DNA of 64,000 nt from Phoronis australis (taxonomy: Eukaryota > Animalia > Phoronida): contig NMRA01000178.1 of the NCBI GenBank assembly GCA_002633005.1, forward strand, positions 658,062-722,061, in the 5' to 3' direction. Below, piece by piece: positions 13,438 through 25,810 of the stretch. The position numbers and the translations under genes are program-made. The stretch's first letter is position 1. Each line of letters starts with the position of its first letter. The notes below the pieces were generated by a model. The model searched no databases, was not told the origin of the DNA, and saw only the letters and a program-made list of their open reading frames with translations.

Positions 13438-14219
13438 TTAGTTTGAAGACGTCTCGCCGACTGATGTATAATTAGTGCTGCTATAGTCGTCGTCAGGGTT
13501 ACTTGTCGAGCTGGTGTTTGCATTCGCTTCACTGCTAGAGGGCGCAACTGTTGTTGTAGTTGCGTCATCTTCAGAGGTAATTGTTAATGTCCCACCAGAA
13601 GAGGTAGACATCGTTGTAGTGACAGTTGAACCAGTGTCACTCGCTAGCTTATTCAATTCTGAACCTGGTGTTTCCTTTTGCGATTTTGACTGTGTAGGCT
13701 GTCTGTCTCCTTGGCCGCTCTGGGCTACAAACGGCAGTCCTGTCACCTTCCACGGCTGTTTTGGATACTTAACTGGGTTGCAATAATCGGTACGCATAAC
13801 ACAGCGAGCGCAAGTGCATCCTTGTGGACAGGGATAGCAGAAACCGAGCGAGGTGCATCGAATGCAGGTACACCCAGGAGGACACGACGCGCCGACGGCA
13901 GTACAGCGCAAGCACGTGCATCCCGGCGGACAAATAGATGTCCCGGCTGACCGGGGCCACTCACGGGTGCACTTTTCACATTTGCATCCAATTGGACAGC
14001 TTGGACCCTTCTTGAAAGCTAGACAAAGTTCGCACATGCAGAAACCCGGATGAGGCTTCTTCCGTTTTTTCGTGTTTGGACATGTCAGTTTTTGATAAGT
14101 AGATAGTGTGTTGCAGTAGTTAGTGAGTTCTCCATAGTTGGCTTGACTGGCTGCGTTGTAGCCGTACATATAAGCAAAGTACTGCTGCCAGGCTGGTGTA
14201 GCATACGGATTATCGTCCT
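13438..14219 (-). CDS. Terminal exon of the giant gene: Tyr/Ala-rich segment, 4-5 CPxGCxCxxC repeats, Ser/Thr-rich tail
   Basis: Strong acceptor at 14222-14220. Repeats PGFCMCELC, CPIGCKCEKC, CPPGCTCLRC, CPPGCTCIRC and CPQGCTCARC. TAA at 13440-13438. Confidence 0.75.
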
Positions 14220-17200
14220 CTGGAATTAGAACAAGATTACGATAATGTTTAGACACTTCGTGAGAAATTTGATTGTATCAAATGTAAGAAATGACGTAAT
14301 GTATCCCACTTTTAATTCAAAGCAACCAAAAGGTTAATTGTCCTTATAGGTTGATCAGACACGCGAATTCACCACGTGATATTTTCTACATACCTTCCTT
14401 TACTGGTTCAACTGGTTGATCAAGTTTTTCAGTGATAATAGCCAAAGAGTCAGCTAGAAGGTTAAGCTTGTTGTTGACCATGTCCATTTCTTCCATCAGC
14501 TCAGTATCATCATACTCCTTGTTTAGTGCTCCTGGGGATTAGCAGGGGAAGCAGAGACATTGATATTGATCAAGCAGTACTGCCCCGAATCATAATGAGA
14601 GTTTCTTAATTTTCGCCTGACGTATAGAATACGGCTCAAGATTATGGTCTAAGAAATTGTAATAATAACGACTCCTGTGTGAGGGTAAACCTTGTGGTAG
14701 TACAAAAAGCACAACTTTTTTGTCACTATTTTGGCCTTCCCGGGTGGTTGCAATTCACAGCGCTCCCTGGTCTCGAGCAGTTTCTACCATTCTATCGTTA
14801 CAACTTTCAGGATCCCACCTTCATATAAGTTTCGCTTCTGAAACGAATTGGGGGTGCATGTACTTGCCCCCCCCCCCCCCCCCCCCCCCCNGCCTCCATT
14901 TCCCAAACTGCCCTTGTTATGTGGATGTACTTAAAAGCGTTTCAACAAAGCGGTGTTGAAAAATTAGAATTATACGGTCATCATTTGTATTGATAATATC
15001 ATTTTATGTGATAGCTTAAAGAGGACGAATATATCAAATCTGCTTTCAAACTCGTATAACAATCGGCTCACCTTCGTCTAAGGCGTCCGACACTTTGTTC
15101 ACAGTTGTTGACACCTCTTCCACTTTGTCTTTAAGCTCGTCTACTTTTCCGTCAACCTCGCTCTTCACAATGAAATTTTGATCCTGATTTTCGTATAATG
15201 TTTTAAATTTTGTATGAGGTAGTGAGTAATGGCGGTCCTTGTGATATATCTTCTTTTTCACCTTACCCCGCTTAACAGACGGGGCTGGTATACCTGGAAA
15301 ACGAAGAAGTCTTCTAAATCGGAAAGAAGACGACATAATTTTCCCACTCTTGCTGCTGGCTATGCTTGGTGACTTGCGCCTTGGTGGTGAGAATCGAGGG
15401 GATGGCATGCGTTTCCTCGGTTCAACTTTACCAGACATCCTTCGTGGCCGACTAACGGACGAAGACGACTTGGAACTCCAAGCCTTCGGTATCATGACCT
15501 TGCTTGGAGTTCCACCTGTTCTTTTGACACCGTCTCCATGCTTTATCTTTTTGCTTGTTGACGCGTTCTTAGGAGACAATGATCGAGGAGGAGGAGTACG
15601 TCTTCTGGCTTCTATTTTTCCTGACAGTCTTCGCGGCCTCCAAGGGGTTGCCCTTTCTTCGTCGTTAAACACGGCAAGAGCTCTTCTAAAACTACTCTTG
15701 CTAGGTTTTGCCAAGCTTGCCCTCTCAGGCGGTGTGAAGGTATTGTGGGGGCTAAACCAGTGTTGCATGAGCGTCGGGCTGCTACGAGAACCTACAAGCC
15801 TCCGATGTTGCCTGTCATAGATCGTCATTCCTGATCTTGAAGTTTTTAGAGGGGACGCCACTCTTCCTGAAAATTCATCAGCACTAGTAGTTTTCAACCT
15901 GCGGCCACGTCTTTGTTTAATTTGGTCTCCACTTGGTCTTAGCTGAATTCTTCTTTCCAATCTATCAAACAAGGAAATGGCAGAAGAAGAGTTTCTACGT
16001 TTGCGAGAGAGAACTGTCTGACTAGCTACGCTGACACTTGAGCTCGAACCAGTAAATAAGTTTGTAAATTTCTTAACTTTCTTCAAAACGTTGCCACTTA
16101 GGCTTTTCTTCTCGTCAATGGGAACATCTTTCTTTTCTGTGACATATTTCTCTTCTTTGCATATAGGATTTGTATTACCATGAGTCACGTCATGCTTTGT
16201 TTCAACGCCTTTACGTTCATTTCTGTAGACCCTACAAGTCCCTGCACACCTACAGGCTCCGCGAGTTCTTTCTCCTTCACTTGTTTCGATTTTAACAACA
16301 GCGGTCTTGAAATCCTTTTGTTTCGTGCTATTTGACGTTTTCCTTTTCTCCTTTGACTTTCGCTTATGTGGCTTTGACTTCTTATTGAGATGCCTTTCAT
16401 CCCGGATCTCTTCCTTTTTCATGCTCTCTCTTGGTGGAGGTTGCACGGTTGACGTATCAAGATGTCTTTCATCCGGGATCTTTTCCTTTTCCATGCTCTT
16501 GCTTGGCGAAGGTTGTACGGTTGTGCTCTTTCCGGGATGATTTTGTTCCTTACTTTTTGGCTTCCTCTTAGTGTTGTGTGCTTTTTTTAACTTAGATCTC
16601 TTTTGTTTTTTAATTGTACGTACGCTGTCCGTTGGTTTTGTGTATAATTCGTCCTTGGCAATTTTCACTGCCGTACTGCGTGGTTCCCAAGTAACCTTTT
16701 TCTTAGTCGGTTTTCTTTGTTTCCTCTTATCAACACTGCCAAACGCTTTGGCACGAAATTTCTTAAGCAACCCTCCTTTGCCTCGTCTACCCATTGTGTT
16801 ATTATCTCGACGGTTTGGAGTTTCGTGGTGCTTTGGGATTGTCTTCTTTCTGTGCAAACGGTCTAATTTATCAGAAACTTTGCTTGCGCAATTATCGCTT
16901 TCCATTTGACTAGTGTCAGATGCACTTGTATTTGTGTTCTCGCTATTGAAGGTAGTGCTCCGCACTGTTTGCATTGATATACCGGATGTCTTTTTTATTT
17001 CAGGCAAAGATTCATTTTTGTTCCTCTCTGATATTGAGTATCTTTGGTTCACTGTGTCATGCTGTCTTTGCGCTTTCGTGAGACCGTTGTCACTTTCGGA
17101 ATAACGCCTTTTGCTTTTTCTGAGGTCGCTCCGTTTTGTTACATTTTTCTGCGTTGATATAACCACATCACTTTTGATTGCAAGCTTTTTCGAAGAGGGC

Positions 17201-20200
17201 TTGGCGTTTGGTTTAACTGCACCCTTACACGTTTTGTCATTTCGTTCTTGTTTGTTTTTGCACGCTGATGACTTGCCCAAATTTGTGTTTTCCCTGACCG
17301 ACTCGATATTATGCTGCTGTGCACCTTTAGCCAAATTGCGCTGAAAAGGTATCCTCGAGTCGCCGGAGCAAGCATCGAAAGTAACCGTACTTCCTCGGTT
17401 AATCTTATCAGAACTTCTGAAGACTGTCCTGAGAATTCGCTTTACATTCGCTAAGCCGACACTATATTTTCTATGCTTCTTTGAAGCTATCGTATCATTT
17501 GTTGTCGAAAGCATTTCGGATGGACTTCGAGAAACCTGTTCTGTGGAAATTACAGAGCTATTTTTAAACGATTTGGGTCTCTGTACGTTGTAAGCTTTGT
17601 TTTTGCTGACTTTGCGGTCTCTGTTGTCTTTTTTCTTATTAATGTAAACAGGCAATTCGACAGGCGTAGCTTTAATGGGCGACTTTGGAGATCTATTTTC
17701 AGCGCGAGACGCTTGACTCCTTAACGGTTTTAATTTGAGAGATGACCTCATGTTTCTCCATTGAGTCTGCTGTGACAGACATTCCTTTTCCGTTTTGGTA
17801 AATATTTTTCTACATTTCTTCAATGTGGAGAGCTTTTTTGGTTTCGTTTCTTCCTGTCCCTTTTTAGATTTTGGTAACGCAAATTTCTCCAGGGCAGGCT
17901 TACCTGGTGATTTACGTGATCTTCTGGTTGGTTTCTTCTCGCTTTTAGCTTGCGGTGAGTGCTTGTCTTTTTGAATTGCAGACGTTCCTCCACGCGTAGT
18001 GACTGATACTTTAGACGGGGCTGCAGATTGTTTGATTTTCAGAATTCTAGACTCTTCCTCAGTCTGAGGTATTGATAATTTAATTATGCCTTTGGGTGGT
18101 TTCTGTGTATTGTCAATTTGTTGCCTGCAGGACGTTTCCTTCGCACGTTCCACCAATACCTTACTGGAGTCGGTTCGCTTCACTGTAGACGGTTTACCAA
18201 AAAGATTCTTGGCCAAATTCCAATTTTCTGGATGTTTTCTCTTTTCAGTGTCACTTTTGTGTCTGCGTGACTTTTTTTTAACATTCCCTTTATTACTGGC
18301 ACCCGTCTTTTTCTTTTTCTCAGTTTCAGAAAAACACGTCTTGTCTGATTTATAATTCCTAGTTTTCGTTGTCAGAGGCCCTTGTCCTGTGTTTTCATTC
18401 TTAATTCCTTTGAGGATTTTACTGGTTTTCAAATCCCTTCTTATCAAGTTGCCTTTTTCTGCTTTTGAAAGCACAATATTTTTATTACATTCGACTGAGT
18501 CCTTGACATGGGTGCGAGTGGGTCTCTTTGACCTTTCTCCACTCCGGCTAATTCTGACGGGCTTTTGGTATACTCTGCTGCTTTTCCTAGATGATATTTT
18601 CCCAATTTGCTTGTCAGTTTCTGAAATACGTTTGGTCGGCTTAGGTACGATATTGGATAATTCCGGGATCTTGTCGTTGCCTTTATTGTCTCCTGTGTTC
18701 ACGATTTCTTGGAAACTTGTTTTGCTTGTTTTGTCTGTCGGCTTGGACTTCTCAGAATCAGACAGTGCATGCACGTCTTCCTCTTCCGAAGAAAAGCTTC
18801 GTTCAGGGGTAGTGCTTTGCCTGGCGTATTGAATGTTTTTTACGTCATCCTTGTAAGCTAGGTTTTCACTCTTCAGAGCTGAACTACTATGTTTCTTTAA
18901 CCGACGTCGTATAGCTGGTCCACCGTTTCGATAAAAAACAACTTTCTCAAGTTTTGCCTCCTGTATGTTGTCTTTACTGGTTTGTTTCTTAACGGAAACG
19001 GTTTCTCCATTGATAATCTGCCATTGTAAAACCTTGTCTTTAACACTTAGAACGTCCCGATTAATTGGTAAACTCGACACTTTTTTCAGAGGATCTGTGG
19101 CGTTCAGTCTTTGCTCTTGTGAAGAGCTTTTCTTGCCTCCGAATTGAGAGGCTTCCAATTTCTCAAAAGTAACACTTCCGGGATTATACACCAAAGTTTT
19201 AGATTCCGGAAAGTTGGTTAATTTAGGGATTTTTGTATCCATTCTTGTCTTGTTTTTGTTTTTGTTTTCACGTGGCTTCTTTTTCTGAAGAAGTTGACGC
19301 AATGGCTGTTTGTCCACTTTAACTTCAACTTCGTTTTTGTGTACTTCATGTTCACCAGGGTCTTTGGAATTTTTGTACGTTTTCAAGGGAATTTTTTTCA
19401 ATAATTTGGGAAGATTGCTAATGTTTTCAGCACTAGTGGCCATCGTTTCATAATTCTGTGGTGCTTTTGACTTTTGTGCTTCGAGTTGTTTGTTTGGTTT
19501 AGGGTTTTGAAGTACAGCAACGTTAGGATCACCCTGCAGCGCACCAAGTTCAATATTGTCCTTCATTTGTTTTTTATTTCCTTTTACTCGCATAACCTTG
19601 TTTTCAAGAACCTGGGAAACGGAAAATGTCTTTAAACCATCATCAACTGGTTTGCCTTTTTTGATACCCTCTTTGTCTCCCCTTCTCTTGATACCAACGG
19701 AAGAGCGACTTTTCGGCTTTGCGTATTGACTTTCCAACCGCATAGTTCGTGGAAGATGCTGTAATGAAATATTATCGATCAACTCCTCGACTTCAGCATG
19801 ATCAGATGGCTTAAATTTTCCTAATTTCAATTTTGAGGTTGACTTGCAAACTTTTTTATGCACTTTTTTTTCTTTCGATTTTATTTTCAGGAGTTTGGGA
19901 AGTGACCGGTTGTCTATACCTTCTTCAACCTTGTCTTTCCATGCTTTCGCAACGCTAGTTACATTATTTTTCTTCTCCTTATACCAGTCCTGTGCATTGG
20001 GTGTCATCGGTTTTTCTGATTTTTCAATCTCAGTTTTTTTTTCAGCAGCGCCGCTTTGTCTTCTTGGACCTTTATCGTTTTCGTAAGCATCTTTTGCGTC
20101 TTTGCGTTTCTGCTGAGAATTTGTAACTTCTGATGCCCAGTCTTTGGAGTATTTACTTTGTCGTACCACAGCGTTTTTTCTTTGTAATTCATCGCCTTTT

Positions 20201-22102
20201 AAATGATTGGGCACGCCAACATTCTTTTTCTCAGAATGTTTCAAACAGTCTTGCTCTTGGTCGTCCGTAATAGAAGTAAGAGACGAAGATACAATGTGTT
20301 TTTTTGATTCTTCTAGATTCATGTCAGTTGGTTTCCCGCGTAAAAGCTGATGATTTTGCTTTCTTTTCAAAGAATCACAAGGACTGGACGCCCCATAAGT
20401 AGTACTTTCAAGTATCTTCTTGGTCTTATTTTTTCCTGCAACGTTAACGACACCGTGCTTAGCAATCTCCTGAATAGTTTTTCTCACGTTGGTTTCACTG
20501 TGAGTGAAGAGCATTCCTCTGGGTGTCCATGAATTCGCTGTCCACGAAGGCACTACCTTCATGCTGGGTTTTTTGGTATTCAACTTGTTAGGTTCTCTTT
20601 TTATTTTGTCACCTTCTATTGTTTTAACTATTCGCTTAACTACACCATACTGCCTATTGCTGTTGTTGCTTGCTACGTCATCTTGATGGATGTTGTATAA
20701 TATTTCAATATTTTTTTGCCCACCAACAACACTCTCATGATGATCTTTTGTAAAGTTACTGTTGAAATTAAGTTCCTCGTTTGCAACCTTTTTCCGGCTG
20801 TGTTTGTGGGTTTCTTCGCACGTTTTGTTTATCTCTTCATCTATCTCAATGCTTGTAGACTCATCTTTTCCACATTCAAATTCTTCTTGCCCTCCTGTGC
20901 CATCTTTTTCTAACATAGTTGGCGCAGACATTTTTCTCTTGACGGCATCTTTAAGAAATGTTAGTACGGATACGTACTTTTCCTTAGAACGGTTCATTCT
21001 GATTTTTGATTCTTCGTCCAATCCCATTAATGTCTTCGTTAGGACGACTAACTTTCCAATTTTAGAGCCCCCTGTATTGTAATTAAGTCGAGACCCATTC
21101 CTGTACTTGGCGAGTCTCAATGTCAATTCTTTTCCCATTTTATCAGCACCTGCTGCCTCTTTGAAAGCACTGATTAAATTTCCGAGTCTCTTGGTATCCA
21201 AATGATTTCGTGAATTTGTACTTCTCCGATTGGAAGCCCTGTGTCTTCTTTTATTCATATTTGTTCTGAGCTTGCGTGCTAATGTATTCTTCCGCTCAAA
21301 AAAACTGAGAATACTGGTTGTACTTTGTTTCAACGCGTTCCTGGCATTCTTGAAGTATACGCTCGTCCCGTCATCCTCTTCGCTACAGCTGGCGTTGTTG
21401 TTCCCGTTTAGCTGTTCTATGGAAGCTGAGTGCGACATTTTACCTCCGGCTATTTCGTTTCCCTTTTGTCGTACGCTGTTCGAGAGTTTGCAAACACTGT
21501 GTTTCACGTAGCGTTTTATTCCTGCGCCATCTTGTCTGCAGATGTACTTGGTTCCGTTACTTATCGCTTGAGTTTCTATCACCCTATTTTTACCACCTTT
21601 CTCCTTATATGTAACGGTGCTACGATTCACTGGTGCCGTAACGTGCCTTCTGTCGTGTTGTTTAGTAACAATACTATTTGGGATGGAATCAAATTTTTGT
21701 TTTCTTGACTCAATATTATCTGCACCATTTTTGTTACTCCTATAGCAATATCTTATCGCAGCGCTCAACTTTGGTGGTACACACTGACAATTGTTTTCAT
21801 ATCTTTCCTTTCTATTTCTATAAACCCCATTGCACAAGTAACTTAAGTTTGACACTGTCGATAAGATACCGAATCGGTGGTGAATTATTTTATATCTTAG
21901 CTGAACTTCTTTACGTTTCTTTTCAGATAATGTGTTTCTATTTTCTTTTTTCTCCTCCGTGTCATTATAGATACTTTCGTTTCCGTTTTCTTCTGTCGTG
22001 TTTTATTTTTCTCCTACCGCATTTGATTGGCAGGCACCTGAACGCTAATCGACAGTTCCACGGAACTACTGAAGCGAGCAGGTTTGCCTGTTCTGTATTC
22101 AT
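13438..22102 (-). CDS. Giant orphan gene: basic disordered region + coiled coil + Cys-repeat domain (~2595 aa from ATG 22102, or 2428 aa from ATG 21438)
   Basis: Exons: 22102-22018 (tentative; donor G|GTAGGA); 21854-15072 (donor GAAG|GTGAGC); 14531-14394 (acceptor tctctgcttcccctgctaatccccAG, donor GAAG|GTATGT); 14219-13438 (acceptor cttgttctaattccAG). All junctions are phase 1 and in frame: ...SDALDE-G-ALNKEYDD...EPVKE-E-DDNPYA... Confidence 0.7.
14394..14531 (-). CDS. 138-nt phase 1-1 exon encoding an acidic coiled coil (not in the ORF track)
   Basis: Translates ALNKEYDDTELMEEMDMVNNKLNLLADSLAIITEKLDQPVEPVKE, with a canonical acceptor and donor. Confidence 0.75.
15072..21854 (-). CDS. 6.8-kb single exon encoding a Lys/Arg/Ser-rich intrinsically disordered region
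   Basis: The frame is stop-free from 22002 to 15049, far longer than chance allows. No recognisable globular domain. First in-frame ATG at 21438 (aaaATG context). Confidence 0.85.
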
Positions 22103-22164
22103 ATACTGGATGGCGACATCGGTGAATTACAGGTATGTACGAAGGGTGGCCGATGAATATGTGG

Positions 22165-22227
22165 TGACGTGTTCAAACGCTGACGTCATATTGGAATTTA
22201 GTCGGTTAAGAAACTAGAATGAATTGG
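22165..22227 (-). promoter_or_regulatory. Candidate promoter of the giant gene: palindromic CRE plus CCAAT boxes
   Basis: TGACGTCA at 22181-22188, half-site TGACG at ~22165, and minus-strand CCAAT at 22190-22194 and ~22223-22227. These lie 60-125 bp upstream of ATG 22102. Confidence 0.45.
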
Positions 22228-22802
22228 TGCAATGGGCCGTGCATGCATATGAGGCCGACACAGCTTGATTTACCCCTTTTACGTGATGTGTGACCAACAG
22301 GTGGGGTGCCGACCAGATTTCAAAATGTTTGAGAATGCTTTCAAGAATTAAAAATGCAACACAACACTGTCACTCATTGATCTCTTTTATTTAGAGCGCC
22401 AATGAGCCGAAGAAAATGAATTCTAGTTTAGACCACTTATTTATGACCGATATTAAATTGGTCTTAGCTTGATCATAATAGTGGAAAGCTCAGTCATTCC
22501 CCTTTCCAACAGTACCGCATTTTGTCAATGAATTTTGGATATGCTCAGTAACTTTGCTGTCAAAGAAGGCTTGGTCTCAAAGTGAATGTTGCAAATTTCC
22601 CTGTTTTTACTAAGCATTGTCACCACCTATGGTGTGCTGATGATTAACACCGGGGGATAAACACCAAATTTTTGAGACACTGATTGGTAGTATGGAACTC
22701 TTGCTGTTAGCAGCCTCAGTATGAATTGTAATTATGTAAATTGTGTTAGGAGTGCCCAGTTTGAGGTTTCTTCAGATGTAAAATCTGGTTTTCTGGCTCC
22801 AA

Positions 22803-23019
22803 ATGGAATACCCGCATGCAGCCCAGACTTGAACCCTATCGAACACCTGCGGGACCAACTCGGACAGGCGCGAGTGACCAACACAACCACTGAGCGCTGA
22901 TAAGGTGCTTCCTGACTGAGGAGTTGAATGCCATCACACGGCAACGCGTCTCCAGGCTAGTAAAGAAAGTGTACAATATGGCTGCCGTGACTTCGAATGT
23001 TTCCTCAACCAGATACTGA
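22803..23019 (+). mobile_element. Tc1/mariner transposase C-terminal remnant
   Basis: Reads 'PACSPDLNPIEHLRDQLG..RVTNTTT', 'LTEE*NAITRQRVSRLV' and 'SSTRY*', the WPxxSPDLNPIExxW...TRY* end of Tc1 transposases. Degraded. Confidence 0.85.
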
Positions 23020-25429
23020 GAAGACTATCACTACAGTCTATGAGTCAGTTTTTCAATGAATAATTAGTGTTTAAGTGTTGCAAATTGTCATAAGTTCTTA
23101 TTACCACGGAACCAGCTGCGTAATTGCCATTGAAAAAGCTTAATGTTCAAATTTGAAATTACATTTAGCTGCAGCTGAATTTGCGACAGTCACTTCTTAA
23201 AAGACCAAGCGCCCTCTTTGGAAACAAAGTTACTAAGCACAATAAATATTTATTCAGGAAATGTGATATCAATGGAAAGGGCAATGTCTGGGCTTTTTTG
23301 GTATGCAAAATGATTTGATTAAACCAAAAATGATAAGACACGTGCGAGTGAACATAAATTTCCAAATTTTTATTGAAGTGTGTATATTATAAAGTCAAAC
23401 GCATGAGCCATGACATTCTCGATAACAAAATTACAGACGTTTGTTTTGAGTTTGTACAAAATATCAAAAATAATTTCTTTTTCGAGTAGAAAGACCAGAC
23501 TCGGAGCCCAGTCAGACCCCGCGCAGCCCAGGTCCAACTATGGACTCATCAAGTGGTCTGTCGAGGCCGATGTCGAGTCAGCAAGCCAGCTGCGTGAGGA
23601 CTAGCGTCGAAAGGCAAATTTGTACCGTGGCGTCAACCAAGTTTTTCAGCCGTAAGCAGTGTTCTCGTGAGAATTAAAGTTGAGCTATTGTAACGCAGAG
23701 TCTGGCCAGATTTCGTAAAGCTCGGCTTTTAAGCAGTCCGGCGGAAGAACTTAATTTAATTATGTCCTCGTTTTTTCCTTCATTGTTTAACAAGCTGAAA
23801 CCGCTTTAAAGCAGTGTATTATTGACGATTGATATGACAACCAAGCGTGATAGCCCACCACGGTCAAAAACTTGGCGAGAACGCTGAGGACTTATTTCTT
23901 TCCAATCACAGGTTGAAACCACTTTTGAACTGAGTGAGAAACAAGTTGATGCGTTAAGTGGATGAAACAAAAAATATGGTTTCTTTCGTGGAAAATGAGT
24001 TTGTAAAAGCTTACAACGAGTCGACAGTTTGCACCTATACAACACCAGTAACATGATTATCGTTTTATTGCTTATAAGGACAAGGTTGCGCTCATTTATT
24101 GAAAAGGACACATTTGTTTGTGTCCACAGAACAAATTTCGTTTCATCATGTGTCTCCGTTCGCTTTCCTGCAAGCGACTTTGAAGATCGCTCATAACATC
24201 CTCAGCCAAGCTCAAGAAAACGCCCTGCATCATGTTGCGCGTGTCTCTTTTCTCGGGATTACAACAATGGTTGCTTTCGTCTGTACGGGTTGTGTTAAAG
24301 ATCGGCGTTAGAGACGAAAGCAAAGATTGGTTACCACAACAATTGACCCACTGTCGTTTACAGGTGTACGTTGGAACTCCTCCATGCGGCCACAGAATGA
24401 AGTTTGAGAGAACTAGTTCTGGTTGCCCTTTCACATATTTGCTGTTTTCTGGAAAATATGCACCGGAAATGTCAGACAACGACCAACTGTTGATTGATTT
24501 GATTCAGACTGACTTAGTGTCGTCCGGTCATTTTTATCCCCGAGCCTCCATCATTCCTCTTTATATCATGACAGCAAAGCCACATCCTACAATCGGCTGA
24601 ATTGCAAGAACAGGTAAAAACACAACAGTACATGCTTGTGTAGCTAATACTCTTACAAGTTTTGAATAATGGTCAACAATCCGTCTTCGTTTTATTAACG
24701 TCGTCAAAAATGTCTTGTTTGCTGTTGTAAATGTCTGTGTTTGCTCATTAAATAGCACAGTTTCGGCAAAGTCAAGGAAGTTCCATTAGAAGTCTTTTTC
24801 GTGCTCAATCGGTGAGAAAAGCAATATTCAGGGATCAGCCCCAACGCGGAATCGACCTCACAACCTTAACTACTTCCAACGATCTACTGGCGGGTCTAAA
24901 CCTCACTCGATAAATGCCAGAGAATTTTCAAAGCTTATAAAACTTCAGGTTGTCAATCCCATTTAACGGTAATCCGATTTTCGGCTGCGAAACCGAATAG
25001 TTATGTTCCTTTAATAAACCTGATATTTTTTTGAATGGAAAAAGTTTGGAGAAAATGACGTGCACAGCACAGTCACACGTCTGCACGCGGGTATATACAA
25101 AGTCAAATGCGCTTTCCGTGTCTAGATTATTGTAAATTGTTTTGGAAAGAGGCGCAGTGACGGCAGTGGGCCTATCTGAGTACGGAGAATGACTGATTGT
25201 GTAGTTAACTGAAACGCCGTTGTCAAATTAGCAAGACGTGGCATAATGCTGAAGGTATTGTATCGTAATAATCAAACACTTGTTTTGCTCTTTGTATAGG
25301 TAGATAATAAAAGTGGTGGTTAATCGGACGATTAAAACGATCAGGAAATTTTAATGTGATATATTTTGATTTATGTATATTTCATTATATACCAGCACAG
25401 TCGTCTTTTACACTTTACGTTTTATCCCT

Positions 25430-25810
25430 TTATATATATTTGTACACCATCCGAGCCAATTCGCATCTTGCATTTTGTCTGAAATTGACATCCTCGGACA
25501 ACTTGTTGGCAAGAAGATCACGTCCAAGAGACGCCAGTTCTTCCTCAGTTAGGACTCGCAGTCGATGCACATTGGTAGTCGCATTGTTATTACGCGTGGT
25601 GTTCCCGATAGTAGACGAGCTTGTTTGTGAACCAGAGTCCACCCAGTTTGAGAAGTTTCCAAACGAATTTCCGGTTTTGCTAATGCAAAAATTGTTGGAG
25701 GACGAAGGAATGGCACTGTAGTTACTCATGAAACCCGTTGGCCGTTCCTCGTCGTGCCAACGATTTTTCGGTCTACTTCTGTCCACACTCGATAACGCTG
25801 TGATAAACAT
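25430..25810 (-). CDS. Hypothetical 126-aa ORF (Ser/Asn/Thr-rich N-part, helical-looking C-part)
   Basis: ATG-initiated and lies downstream of a strong acceptor (ttttattttattcAG at 25898-25896). No recognisable family. Confidence 0.3.
   Translation of the reverse strand: MFITALSSVDRSRPKNRWHDEERPTGFMSNYSAIPSSSNNFCISKTGNSFGNFSNWVDSGSQTSSSTIGNTTRNNNATTNVHRLRVLTEEELASLGRDLLANKLSEDVNFRQNARCELARMVYKYI

Noticed and set aside
14292-14299. TGACGTAA as a promoter for a separate Cys-rich gene
   Set aside because: It falls inside the 14393-14220 intron of the spliced model, and the ORF's GTG start is intronic.
14866-14891. Long poly-C/poly-G runs (also ~26265 and ~51313) as G-quadruplex signals
   Set aside because: They contain N calls, so length and sequence are unreliable.
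15046-15071. C-terminal PDZ-type ending (..PIVIRV*) of the 2269-aa ORF
   Set aside because: It lies after the GTGAGC donor, so it is probably intron read-through rather than the real C-terminus.
15350-21708. Many hydrophobic plus-strand ORFs antisense to the giant exon
   Set aside because: Phe/Leu/Ser-rich shadows of an A-rich coding strand, with no independent evidence.
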